A stretch of 63,861 nucleotides of DNA, counting the filler, from Reticulomyxa filosa (Eukaryota > Protista > Foraminifera): the NCBI GenBank assembly GCA_000512085.1. It is 18 parts of 18 records of this genome, joined end to end, with 100 filler letters (N's around TTAATTAATTAA, not from the genome) between each part and the next. Parts side by side here need not be neighbours in the genome. Positions count along the whole stretch, not along the records: positions 36,143 to 56,196 come from ASPP01025385.1; 17 more parts are not named here. The stretch is one strand, 5' to 3'. The notes below the pieces were generated by a model that was given only the letters and a program-made list of their open reading frames with translations, had not been told where the DNA came from and did not search any database. Positions 38,771 through 50,600 of this stretch are shown piece after piece. The translations under genes were made by a program, and so were the position numbers. Positions within the stretch are counted from its first letter, which is position 1, and every line of letters begins with the position of its first letter.

Positions 38771-40148
38771 TTATCCCCAAATACGAATAGATCCTCCATG
38801 TGAACCATAACATAAATTAATACCACAGCCAGAATAAGCATTGCTTTTACTTTTATTCTCTTTCTTTAATGGTAAAAATTTAATACATATTATTCCAAGA
38901 TCTTCTTCGTCATATCCATTGATCACATGCAATTCTTTTTTATTTGATCGAATATCCCAAAAACGAATTGTATTATCACCCGATGCAGAGCATATCACAT
39001 TTGAACTGCTACCAACTTCGAGATTCTTTACTACAAATGGTGAATATTCGACACCCCATACAGAATTTTTGTGTCTATCAAACATTTGAATTTGTTGACC
39101 AGATCGAATATCCCACAAACGAACACTAGTATCAAATGATCCAGATAATATTGTATTTACTAATTCATTTGATCCATATTTTACACTTCGTACTGAACTA
39201 TCATGTCCTTTGAATACAATACATTGTTTTGTCGTTTCAATATCCCATATATAAATGGTTTCATCAAATGATCCTGAACAAATAGTATATCCATTACCAC
39301 CAATCACACCAATATCATTAATTTTATTATTATCATTTCTGTTACTGTTATTGCTTTGCAATGGTGAAATATCCACGCACCAAATACGACCTTTATGTCC
39401 ATTGAAAGTATGTAATAATTTGGATGTTTTAACATCCCACAAACGAATAGTATAGTCAAATGAGCCAGAACATAGATATCGACCACCATTAAATGGTGAA
39501 AATTCAATTCCACAAACAGCAGACGTATGTCCATTGAATATTTGTAATTGTTGATTATCTTTGAAATCCCAAAAACGAATGGTTTTATCATCTGATGAAG
39601 AACAAATGACATTACGATGATTGTTATAATAATGATATTGTGAAAATTTTACACAAAACACATAGCTTGAATGTTTATTGAATAATTGGATTTGTTGATT
39701 GGTATCTACATTCCATACACGAACTGTTTTATCCTCTGATCCAGAACAAATGAATTCATTATCACCGAATGTCGAATAATCAATACTCCACACAGCATTA
39801 GTGTGCCCAATGAAAGTCTCTAGTAATTTGGATGAACGAAATATGTCAAGCATGAAGAAGTTAGTTGTCTGTTTAAAAAAAAGGATAAATATTTGATAGT
39901 TACTGAACGAAACAAAAAAAACATAACATAATTGACAACAATTTTGTTAAATTCCTGAATCCACCCTAATTTAATTTTTAATATCCTAATCCAATATTGG
40001 ATAATTAATTGGATCTTTTCTTCTTCTAACTATGATTCAATCAAAAAATCTCGTACAATGAATACAACTAAAACCTGAAGACAACTAGTTTTCTGAAACA
40101 TACTAATGTCAGTTGTGATTGTTTGTTTTCATTTCCATGAGCGATCAT
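38771..40148 (-). CDS. WD40-repeat protein of a lineage-expanded family, 3 exons
   Basis: About seven WD40 repeats in ORF 38771-39853. Upstream exons MIAHGNENKQSQLTL and EEEKIQLIIQYWIRILKIKLGWIQEFNKIVVNY are joined by GT-AG introns. Confidence 0.9.
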
Positions 40149-40609
40149 TCTTCAGCTCTTTTTAGATTATCTTCAATGATGAAAGATGAAAATGATTCAA
40201 TTTTTTTCTCAAGAACGAAAGGGTTTGCCGACAATATTTTGAATTGATATTTCTCAAAATTACTACAATTAAGTAGTAAATCAAATGTATCTCTGTTGTT
40301 AAAAAGTTTTTAAACTTACAAATGTCACATTATGAAGATTATCTACATGATAGAAAGTTTTTCTCTCTTATTGACTAGTTCTTGCAACAAGTAGATCTCA
40401 CATATTTATTTTCCTTACAAAAACATCAATTTTCCTTTTGAATTTGTTGTTTTTATTTATTAATTTACTATCACATAAAACACTATTTTCTTCATTTTTC
40501 AAAAGGGTCATGTCGTGTTCCCCTTTTTTTAACATTGACAACATGTGTAATCGAATTACAACACAAAAATCTCCTGAAAGGCAAACTGAACAAAGTCAAT
40601 ATCTTAGTG

Positions 40610-40830
40610 CTTTGACACCCTTTCAAATTTGAAGGAGCTTCCCACTCCACTTACACAAACACGAAATCCTTATTTGTGGGGTTGATAAAAGATATTGTTA
40701 TTCTTATCGTACACTCAAAAATGAATATAAATTTATCTGTGAGTATTCATCAAATATTATATTATCTGGATATTGTGTAGTGAAACTAGTAGATAACAGT
40801 AATGAAATTATTTATTGTCTTTTGTATAAG
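40610..40830 (+). pseudogene. Degraded fragment of the Kelch-like family
   Basis: Broken frames read TPFQ..KELPTPL..HKHEILICG..CYSYRTLKNEYKFICEY....SGYCVVKLVDN, homologous to 30244-30624. Confidence 0.7.
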
Positions 40831-41113
40831 TACAGCAATGTTAAATACACAAGTTTCTTTGATGCTTTATAAAGCCTATTGCTGACATATAATAAACATT
40901 AAGTATTTCGCATGGTTTACCTCTTGAATTGTGTTTTTAAATTGTAGTCCGATATAATAAAATGTTATTTATAAAGATTCTAAAATTACTTTTGTCATTG
41001 GTTCGTATGATTATTTCAGATCAAGTGTCATTGCTCAATAAAAAAAATCAATAAAAACTGCAAGTCAATATCTTACAACATACACAAAAAAGAATAAAAT
41101 CAAAAAAGACAGT

Positions 41114-44100
41114 TCAAAAAGTACCATTGCATCGTTCAACAACTGACTTCTGCAATAAAGTCAAGCCTTTTGCATCTTTCCAGATGCTACCTTTCAATGA
41201 CAAAAAACCCTGAGTACCAAACCGCCAAATGCATTTCCACAAGGAAATTTGTTTATCTTGTGAACCTGATCCACGTTGATTGTCATGTGCAGAAGGATAA
41301 ACCACATTTAAATTGCTTGGAGTATCATATAAATCGGTAATACAAACAGGAGATTGTTTCCACAATCGAATAGTATTGTCGATTGAACCTGAAATGATTC
41401 TTGAGCCGTCACGTGAAAATTCAACAGAAGTAATAGAGTGTGAGTGTCCTTCAAGAGATTGAAGTTGTTCACCGGACGATACGTTCCACAATCGAAAATC
41501 ATCATTTGAACTAGACACAATTTTTGAACCATCAGGTGAAAATTGAACGCAAGTAACCTGTGATAAATGACCTTCTAGAGATTGAAGTCGTTTACCAGAA
41601 GATACGTCCCACAACCAAATATTTTTACCCGAACAAGATGCAATTTTGGAGCCATCAGGTGAAAATTGAACAGAACTAATATAAGATAAATGGCCGTTCA
41701 GAGAATATAGTTGTTCACCAGAAGATACGTTCCACAATCGAATTTCACCATCTGAACCAGATGCAATTTTTAAACTGTCAGGTGAAAATTGAATACAAGT
41801 AACCTGAGATAAATGGCCGTTCAGAGATTGAAATTGTTTACCAGAAGATACATCCCACAATCGAATAACATTTTCTGAACAAGATACAATTCTAGAACCG
41901 TCAGGTGAAAATTCAATACAACTAATATAAGAGAGGTCTCTTTCTAAAGAATAAATATTTTTGCCAGATGATAAATCCCAAATTTGAATTATGTTATCTC
42001 TTGAAATAGACACGACTTTAGAACCATCAGGTGATAATTTAAAAAGTTCATATTGTTCTTCGAAACATTGAAGTTGTTTACCAGAAGATACATCCCACAA
42101 CCGAATGGTGCGATCAAATGAACTGGACACAATTTTGGAAGTATCAGGTAAAAATTTAACAGAAGTAACTCGTTTTAAATGTCCTTCCAGAGATTGAAGT
42201 TGTTTCCCGGACAACGCATCCCACAATCGAATAATGTTGTCATATGAGCCTGATACAATTTTCGAACCGTCAGGTGAAAATTGAACAGAGCTAACACTAT
42301 TCATATGTCCTTCCAAAAATTGGGATTGACTACCAGAAAATGCATCCCACAGTCCAATAGTTGTATCCTTCGATCCTGACACAATTCTTGAGCCATCAGG
42401 TGAAAAGCTGACAGAAAAGATATCAAATAGATGTCCTTCAAAAGATTGGATCAGTTTGCCCGATGATACATCCCACAAGCGAATGGTTTTATCCCAGGAA
42501 CAAGATACAATTTTGGAAGAATCTGGAGAGAATTCAACAGAAGTAACACTTGACAAATGTCCTTCAAAACATCGAAGTTGTTTACCAGATAATGCATCCC
42601 ACAATCGAACAGTACAATCATATGAACCTGACACAATCTTCAAACCGTCAGGTGAATACTGAACAGAAGTCACACCAGCCAAATTGCCTTTTAGAGATTG
42701 AATTTGTTTGCCAGAAGATAGGTCCCAGAATTGAATATGATTCTCTGAATTGGATACAATTTTGGAATCATCAGGTGAAAATTTAACACAAGTCACACCG
42801 GATAAATTTTCTAAACATTGGAGTTGTTTTCTAGATGATACATCCCATAATCGAATAGTATTGTCAATTGAACATGACACAATTTTTGAACCATCAGAAG
42901 AAAAGTGAACCGAACTAATATAATCTGAATGACCTTCCAGAGACAGAATTTGTTTAGCAGATGATACATCCCATAATCGAATGGTTTTGTCACCTGAACC
43001 TGAAACAATTTTTAAACCATCACGTGAAAATGCAACAGAGCTAACACAGTTTGAATGTCCTTCAAGACATTGAATTTGTTCACCTGATAATGTATCCCAC
43101 AATCGAACGGTATTATCATCCGAGCCAGACACAATTTTTGTACCATCAGGTGAAAATTGAACAGAGTTAATAGCATCTAAATGTCCTTTAATATAACCAT
43201 ATTCACCAAAGTTGACATGATTTACTGTTGCGTTTGTGAAATTGGCGTAGTTGAGGAATGCATGAAAAAATTTGACATGATCTAAATTAGCTTCATTGAA
43301 ACTGGTTCTCTCAAGGAAGGCATAATCTAAAATGGCATGTGGTATATTTACTTTATTCCAATTTTGATTGTTCAGACTAACTCTTGCAACATTAAGTATG
43401 GTAACAGCATTAGCTGCTGCAATAGACACAATTGGATTATTTTTGGATGATTCAATGATTCGGAATAATCGTGATTTCAAATTTGCATAAATTGGATTTG
43501 TGTCACAAACTCTATCTGCAATAAATTGAATAATTCCAAATTGTTCATTTAATAATTTACAATTGATAAGAAGATGTTGAACATTTGTTTGAAATTGTTG
43601 TTGAAATTGTTGATTATCAATATCGACAAGATGGTTAACATTAGGTTTCCATGAAATAATATCAAAGATAATTTTTTGAGCAGAATAATATTCTTGACAA
43701 GATTTATGTAAGAATTGATATTTGTTATCACCAACTCTTCTTAATACATATCTAGCAATACTATCACCATTGAAATATTTTTCCCAAATATCTTGTGTTT
43801 TTGTAATTGAAATATCAGCTAACTCATCTGTTGTATTTGTCTCTATTTTTTCATCCATAAAATAATTTTTTTTACTTTCATCATTATCATCATTTTTTAT
43901 AATTGGATCTAATTTATTTAATATTATCTCATGGTCGTTTATATACTGAAAATCTTGTTCAATTGCAACTTGATTTCCTTGAATAAACATATCAAATCCT
44001 AAATCAAGACAATACTGTTTTAATTTGTATTTAATTTTATGGATATTCATGTTTATTCGTAATTCGGATAATTTAGATAATATGTTTTGCGTATGAATAT

Positions 44101-46531
44101 CAATCCATTGATCATTAAATACTTGATAAACTTGTGCTTTAGAAATTTTTGTTCCAGTACCATATTGTTTAACTAATAAAGGTAAAATAGTTAAAATAAG
44201 TTGAAGAAGAAAAGGTTCTTCGATCATTTTTAATAAATTAGGATAATTATTTAAAGTTTCTTGATATTGTTTTAATGTCCAATAATTATTATTTTTTATT
44301 TGAATGTTTGCAAATTTTTCAATATAATTGCGCATTTGTTGTTTTGTAAATGGCCATAAATGTATCATTGAAGTTATAACATTATGTTGTTTTTTATTTA
44401 TACCAATTAAACTTGTATTAACATCTTCATCACTTAAAGCATTACTTCTACAAGTAACAATAATTTTAGCATTCCATTGATTTAAATTAAAACGATCATA
44501 AAAATATTGTTCATATTCATTAATACTTTTACGATAAAAATCATATATTTCATCAAATCCATCCATAATAAAAATAAAAGATATTTGTTCACGAATATTA
44601 TTAATAATCTCTTTATTAATATTTTTATTTTGTAATGCTTGTAAAATAATATCTTTATCATTATTTTTATTGTAAATATTTGGAAATGATATATAAATTG
44701 GAATCGGCTGCTTTGAATTAGATTTATAATTATTCCATAATGTTTCTTCTAAATAACGACAGAAAATACTTTTTCCAGATCCTGATTTTCCTTGAATAAT
44801 CATTATTTTTTATTGTTGTTCTACTTTCTTTTCTTCTTCTTTTTCCTTTTTTTCTTCTAAAAATTCAATTACATGTTGATAACAATCAAAAGTTTCATTT
44901 TTTTCATTGTGTTCACTTTCTATATATGCATAACGATTTGCTTGCAGCGGTATATATGTTTCAAGCGCTTGTGATATAGTAATATCTTCTTCTATTTCTT
45001 GCTTTCTTGATTCTTGCAATAATAATGCAAAATCAGCACAATTTGCAGGATTATTGTCACCAATAATATATTGTTTATAATATTCATATAATATAACATA
45101 AATAGCTTTATCTTTTTCTTTTTCTGGAATAAATGTACATAATTGTTCATAAATAAATTGTGATAGTTTTAATATTATATCATTTTGTATTTCAAAATTT
45201 GTTTTTTTTAATAATTGTGATGGTTTTAATATTATAATATCTAAATGTGGCTTATATCGTTCAGATATTTTTTTAATTATTTTATCATTAACCCATTCAC
45301 ATACAATATCATTAATTTTTGTTAGTGTTTCTTCTGTTGCATGTTTTAACTTTTCTTCTTCTTTTGTATTAATATATTTCCATGATCTAATATATCCATA
45401 AAGTATATGACTTAATTTTGGATTTTCCATTTCTGTATAACCTTCTAATAATGTATATTTTTTTAATGTTGCTTGCATTTCTATATATATATCATATTTT
45501 GGCACATATAATTTAATATTATGTGTTCTATGATGTGTTGTTGATTGTTTATCGAAAAAATTTTTATCTTCGGACACAATTAAATTAAATTTTCCCGCTT
45601 TCTTCATTACTTCTACTGCGGTTTGTAATTTTGTAGGATTATCACATAAAATAGTAAATCTTCCAACATCAAATACTCTATTAAAATCACCTTTATAATC
45701 ATATTTAATTTTTTCTAATAATCTTTCTTTATCTTTTACTTTTGGTTTTACAATCGTAATACCATATTTTTGTAATTCTGTTATCAAACTTATTATTTCA
45801 ATACTTTTCATTGCATTTTCACTTCTTGTTATTAAATCCTCTATGCTTTCTGCATGTTGTTTAATTCTATTTGCTTTTAATTCATATATTAGGCTTGATT
45901 TAATTGGATAAACGGCTTGATAGTTATAGTTATTTTTATATGATATACCATCATTAGTAGAAATAGAATGCTCTGCATTAAAAAACATTACTTTCATTAT
46001 TGATGCAACTGTTAAGTTTAGACAATCAGGGCATGTAAATGACGTTTTTTCTGGATCAAGCGTCATATCTTTAAATCCTTCATTTACCCAAACAAATAAT
46101 TTTGCATTTGCTACTAGACAATTTTCATTTGTGCAATAACCTTGTAAATTAATTCCTGATTTAATATCTCCAACTTCTGGTTTTTCATCTTCTTTTTTTA
46201 ATTGTTCAGATTTTTGCTCTATTTCGTTTGCTTGAATTCTTTGATTATCATTTTCCTATTTTTGTTTTTTAATAGTAATATATATGTATATATATTCTTT
46301 ATAAAGACACACATTCTGATCCATCGATGTTGAAACCATTGTTTCAATCACAGCTAATACATTTCCATCGCTTTCTTCTAGCCTTTTTTTCAATTCTTCT
46401 TCTTCATTGGCATCATCAAATAATCTTTTTAACACCTTCATTTCCTTTGAATAATTTTTTATTTTACGTTCGTGCTGCATACTCCCTAAGAGTTTAACAG
46501 ATTTCTTATCCTTGTGTACGAAATCGTTCAT
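41114..46531 (-). CDS. NLR-like STAND protein: helical (UBA-like) N-terminus, Cys4 Zn module, RelA/SpoT-like nucleotidyltransferase, NACHT, pentapeptide repeats, 15 WD40; one in-frame TAA at 44810-44812
   Basis: Exon 1 is 46531-46313, followed by a GT-AG intron and then one frame from 46255 to 41114. Motifs: GINLQGYCTNENC...CPDC, KVKDKERLLEK...DVGRFTI...IEMQAT, Walker A GKSGSGKS, Walker B FIFIMDGFDE, IIVTCR, YQFLHKSCQEYY, AAANAVTIL plus pentapeptide repeats, and 15 WD40 repeats. Confidence 0.85.
41355..43190 (-). repeat. Tandem array of 15 highly similar WD40 units (about 123-126 bp each)
   Basis: The consensus GH...V.SV.FSPDGSKIVSGS.D.TIRLWD.SSGKQLQSLE is repeated 15 times, and similarity is visible at the DNA level. 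Confidence 0.9.
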
Positions 46532-47601
46532 TTTTTCTTTGTCCTTTATCACATAACATCATAAAATATTGCTTTACTGATTTGCAAATAAAACAAAAAT
46601 TAAATAAAAAGAATTTAATTTACCGCAAATGACATATTGTTGATATGAATTGCATCAGCAAAATATTTCCAAATACTTGTTTCTGGAATTACTATATTAT
46701 ATACATATGTGTGCTTGTCCTTCTTCCATATGCACACAGTTGTTTGCAAAAAAGTGGATGAATAGGATTTGTGGGTGCTTTCACTACATTAGTGATGCTT
46801 CACTTTCTGTCAAGAAAATACGCCTGGAAACAAGAAATAATATATGCTTTTTTTACACACATTACAAATTATCATATTTTTGGTGACTTAACATTCTTTT
46901 GTTTTTTTTACACACGCAACAAATTCCCACTCCGTGATCATACTTACTTTAGAGATTGAATATTTTAAATGTTGTGTAACAAGTTTTTTTGGAGGTACGG
47001 AAAAACGTGAAAAAAAGAACAAATTCGAGCCTAATTGATTAGTGTAAACTCAACGTGGCCACCTAACTAATTGACTTTCTTCACACGTCGAAATAACTGT
47101 ATTTTATGGGAAAAGGGTGCAGACACTCAAGGAATTTTGAAAAGGCGCAAATGCACAGGAAAAAAACTTTTTGTTGGTCTTATCAAAATCCTTAAAAAAG
47201 GTCAATCCAAAAAAAATTGTTTTTATTTTACTGAAATTTGCTCGAAAGATCTTAAAAGCAAAAATGAAATGGAATTAAAAGAGAAGTAGGAATTGGGGGA
47301 AAAGTGAGTCAATTATAGTTCTTTGCAATTTATGTTAAGTTGTAAATAACTGATGTCTGTAATACTCTATGAGAATGTACATATACAACAAAAGTAAACA
47401 AGATATTTGGTTTATTATATTTCGTAAAACTCCTTCACAAAACAAAAGAAAAAGTAAATATTAAGACAAACACAAAAACACTTCTATCAAAAAAAAAAAT
47501 TTAGTAAAAATATAACAGCACTTTTCAAAAATTTTTTATGATATTGGATCAATTGCTAGTGCATCAACTCTTTTTTTTTTGATGGATTACCACACCAATT
47601 T

Positions 47602-50600
47602 TTACGAGAAAAAACTGTAGGAAGATGTTTTGCCATTGCTCAGCTGCAAAAAATTAAAATATGAATTGTGGCAATCAAAAAGAAATTCAAAACAAAAATC
47701 TAAAAAAAACGCAACAACAAAAGAAAAAAAAAGATTTGTACACAGCATTTATTGTTGATGGGATCAAGAGCATCGTCTAATTTAACAAAATCGTCACTAA
47801 TGCGACTCTTTAAAGTTGGTGGTGTGGGAATAATAATAGGCGAGTCTTCTAAGCACATGTTTGATGAACCATGAATATTGTTTTTGGATAATGTCTTTGT
47901 TTGTTTGAATGTTGTATCGGGATCGCTTTTTAGTTGTTTCTCCGTGCTTGTGTCGGATACGACTTGTCTCCGATGATGGGGTGGTGACGTTGAGTACAGT
48001 TTGTTGCATCCACTGTGAGAAAAAGGTTGTCGTCGATCGGAGATTACCAAATAGGATTCCTCCGCACTCCGTGGGCTCAAATTCCAAGACTCGGGATAGC
48101 TATGTGACTGTTGTGGCTCGGTCTTGTCAGAGAAGCCATGACTAGAAAACAAACAAACAAAAATGTGTATATACATATACATACATGGATGGTAAGAAGG
48201 GATAAAAGGTATAATGAACTCGGAATATTTAGTTTTGGCAGATGTATGTTCATCCGCACTGGGACGTCGACAAAACGAGTCGATCACATGTGCGTTTTGA
48301 TGTGTGACAAAGCCATTGCTGTTGGTTTTCTGATGGATGTGAAAGGACTCGGGAACGGCACGATTGCAGTAAAGACTCTTCATAATTGCATTTTTAGGTT
48401 TGCCATCGGAACGTGTGGCATCACCATTACCACTCCTAACGGAGTCGCCAACGGATAAATGATTTGGATGTTGAGATAAGAGTCTTGGGAGTGGTTCATT
48501 GCTCGGACTTTTCAAAAATTGATCGGGTGTTATTCTGTTGTTGTGATGATGATGATGATGACTTGCAACATGAGACGTATTGACATTGGTATATCTTTCA
48601 CTGCGAGAAGATTTCGGAGACCAACTGTTGACAATGTGATAGTCATCAAACATACTTTTAGGCGAAGTCGAGCCTTGAGATTCTTTGTCCTCTATTTGAT
48701 CGTGTAACACAAAAGCCGGAGAAGAGGTGTCCAAGTTGGGCTCTTCACACGATATCGCTTTCGACTTGGACGTCGTCGTTATTGTTGTTGCTCCACGTAG
48801 GTCTGTTTCTGCTTCGTAAATACAAGAGAGACCATCTTTGATTGGATCTGTTTCTTGGGGATCATGACTTGACACATCTGTTTCCCATGCTTCATCACAA
48901 GACTTAAGCAAAGGCGATTGTCTCTTTGTCTCCTCTTGGTGCTGGCCGTGGAGTGCCAACGGGGTAATGTTCGACGTGACGATCCATGAGTTGGCAAGAT
49001 TCTCTTTCGTTTCATGGAGCAAAGGACTGTCATGGATGGAAGCCACTTCGGGTCGCATGTACGCATGCATGTGCGCATGAGCTGCCACTTGGGGACGTCT
49101 GCATTGGCTGTCCGAGCTGACTACGCAGCAAGATGAACTTTCGTCGGTGACAACATCTGATTGTCTGTGAGTTTCCATGGATTTTGTTGTGATATCTGGC
49201 TCTTTGTTTTCCTCTTCGACCTGATCTCTTGCCATCAATTCATGCATTGGGAAGTACTCCTAAAATATATAGGTATGTATGTATGTATGTATTGACTCAA
49301 AAAGTAGAAGTGACACATCGACTCAACTTCGACCAAATTGGTGTCCGTCTCAATTCTGCCAAAGTATTGACTAAATTCGCGAAACCTTTGACTGTACTTT
49401 GGATCCAAGTGCACCATGCGTCCTTCAAGTTCGGTGGACAAGATAAGTTCTTTGGAGTCATCATGAGAAGACAGATCCAGTTCGTCGTCTGGACACTCGG
49501 ATGGCGCCTGCAATTGTTGGCATTCGACGACATGTGGATCGCTGTCAATCGTTTCTGCGTCAATGTCTTCGGTGTCGTGACAAAGCACCAATTGCTGTTT
49601 CTGCTGGGCGAGACGCACCAATGGGATTTGCTTCAAGCTGCTCACCTCGCACGCCGTGTTCATGTCAACGGAAAAGATGGGGCTGTGATCAGCTTGACAG
49701 AGGTGTGATTGGAGAGCTGACTTTGTTCAGACTTGGGATTGATTGCATTGTGTTTGGCACACTCGTGCAAAGTTGGCTTGGTAGCGTGCCATTTCAACTG
49801 GCGATCGTGAATAGGACTCAGCTGCTCCAGCACCAATTGCGAGTTGGTCAATGGCGACAATGTGATGGCCGTTGTAGTCGTATTTATTGTTGTATTTGTT
49901 GTCATATTTGTTGTCATATTTGTTGTCACATTTGTTATATCCACCGATAAATGGCCATCTTGACAGGTATGGCCCAAATTCGTGGCACGTTGCAACTGAA
50001 ATTGGCGTTGCATTGATTTCAAAAGTTGTTTCTTGGTATCTTGTTCGACGTGTGTCTTATGATAGTCGCGCTTTTGCGGGATGAGGAGGTGCAGGTCGTC
50101 AAACAGCGGACTCAGACACAACTTGATAAAGGCATCGGCGTTGGACAACTCTGGACATGGCTCCCGCAGGGCCATCAACATATCTTCAAATTTATTGGCT
50201 TTCAACAGTGCGTCTTTGCGGAGCAGCAATATGGCCAAGGCCGTTTTGAATGTCATGACAATCCCTTCGGAAAACGTGATATCCCAAACGCGCAGTGTGG
50301 TTTCGTAGGGAAGCGTGGTAACAAAGAGACACAGAAACCAATCCACGGTCACTGTGGACAGATTGAACTGTACGTCTTGCAAGTGCTGATATATTTCTGG
50401 CATTTTGATTTCAATCAGATCCAAAAACACACATTCGTCCACAAACGCTCCGAGCAAATCGCTTTCGTGATAATAAAATCCGCCCGCGCGACATATGTCT
50501 TCCACTACTGTGCACAACATCCAAAACGCTTCCTCCTCGTCCATGAACAGCAACAGCAGCGCACCCACGATGTTCATTGACTGACAGTACCCCACACAAG

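Noticed and set aside
44810-44812. Possible TAA=Gln genetic code (ciliate-like) explaining the stop in the NLR gene
   Set aside because: TAA ends other genes at their expected C-termini (tubulin 55760, WD40 38771, CCDC40 15892, TLDc 23386), and long exons contain no other in-frame TAA/TAG.
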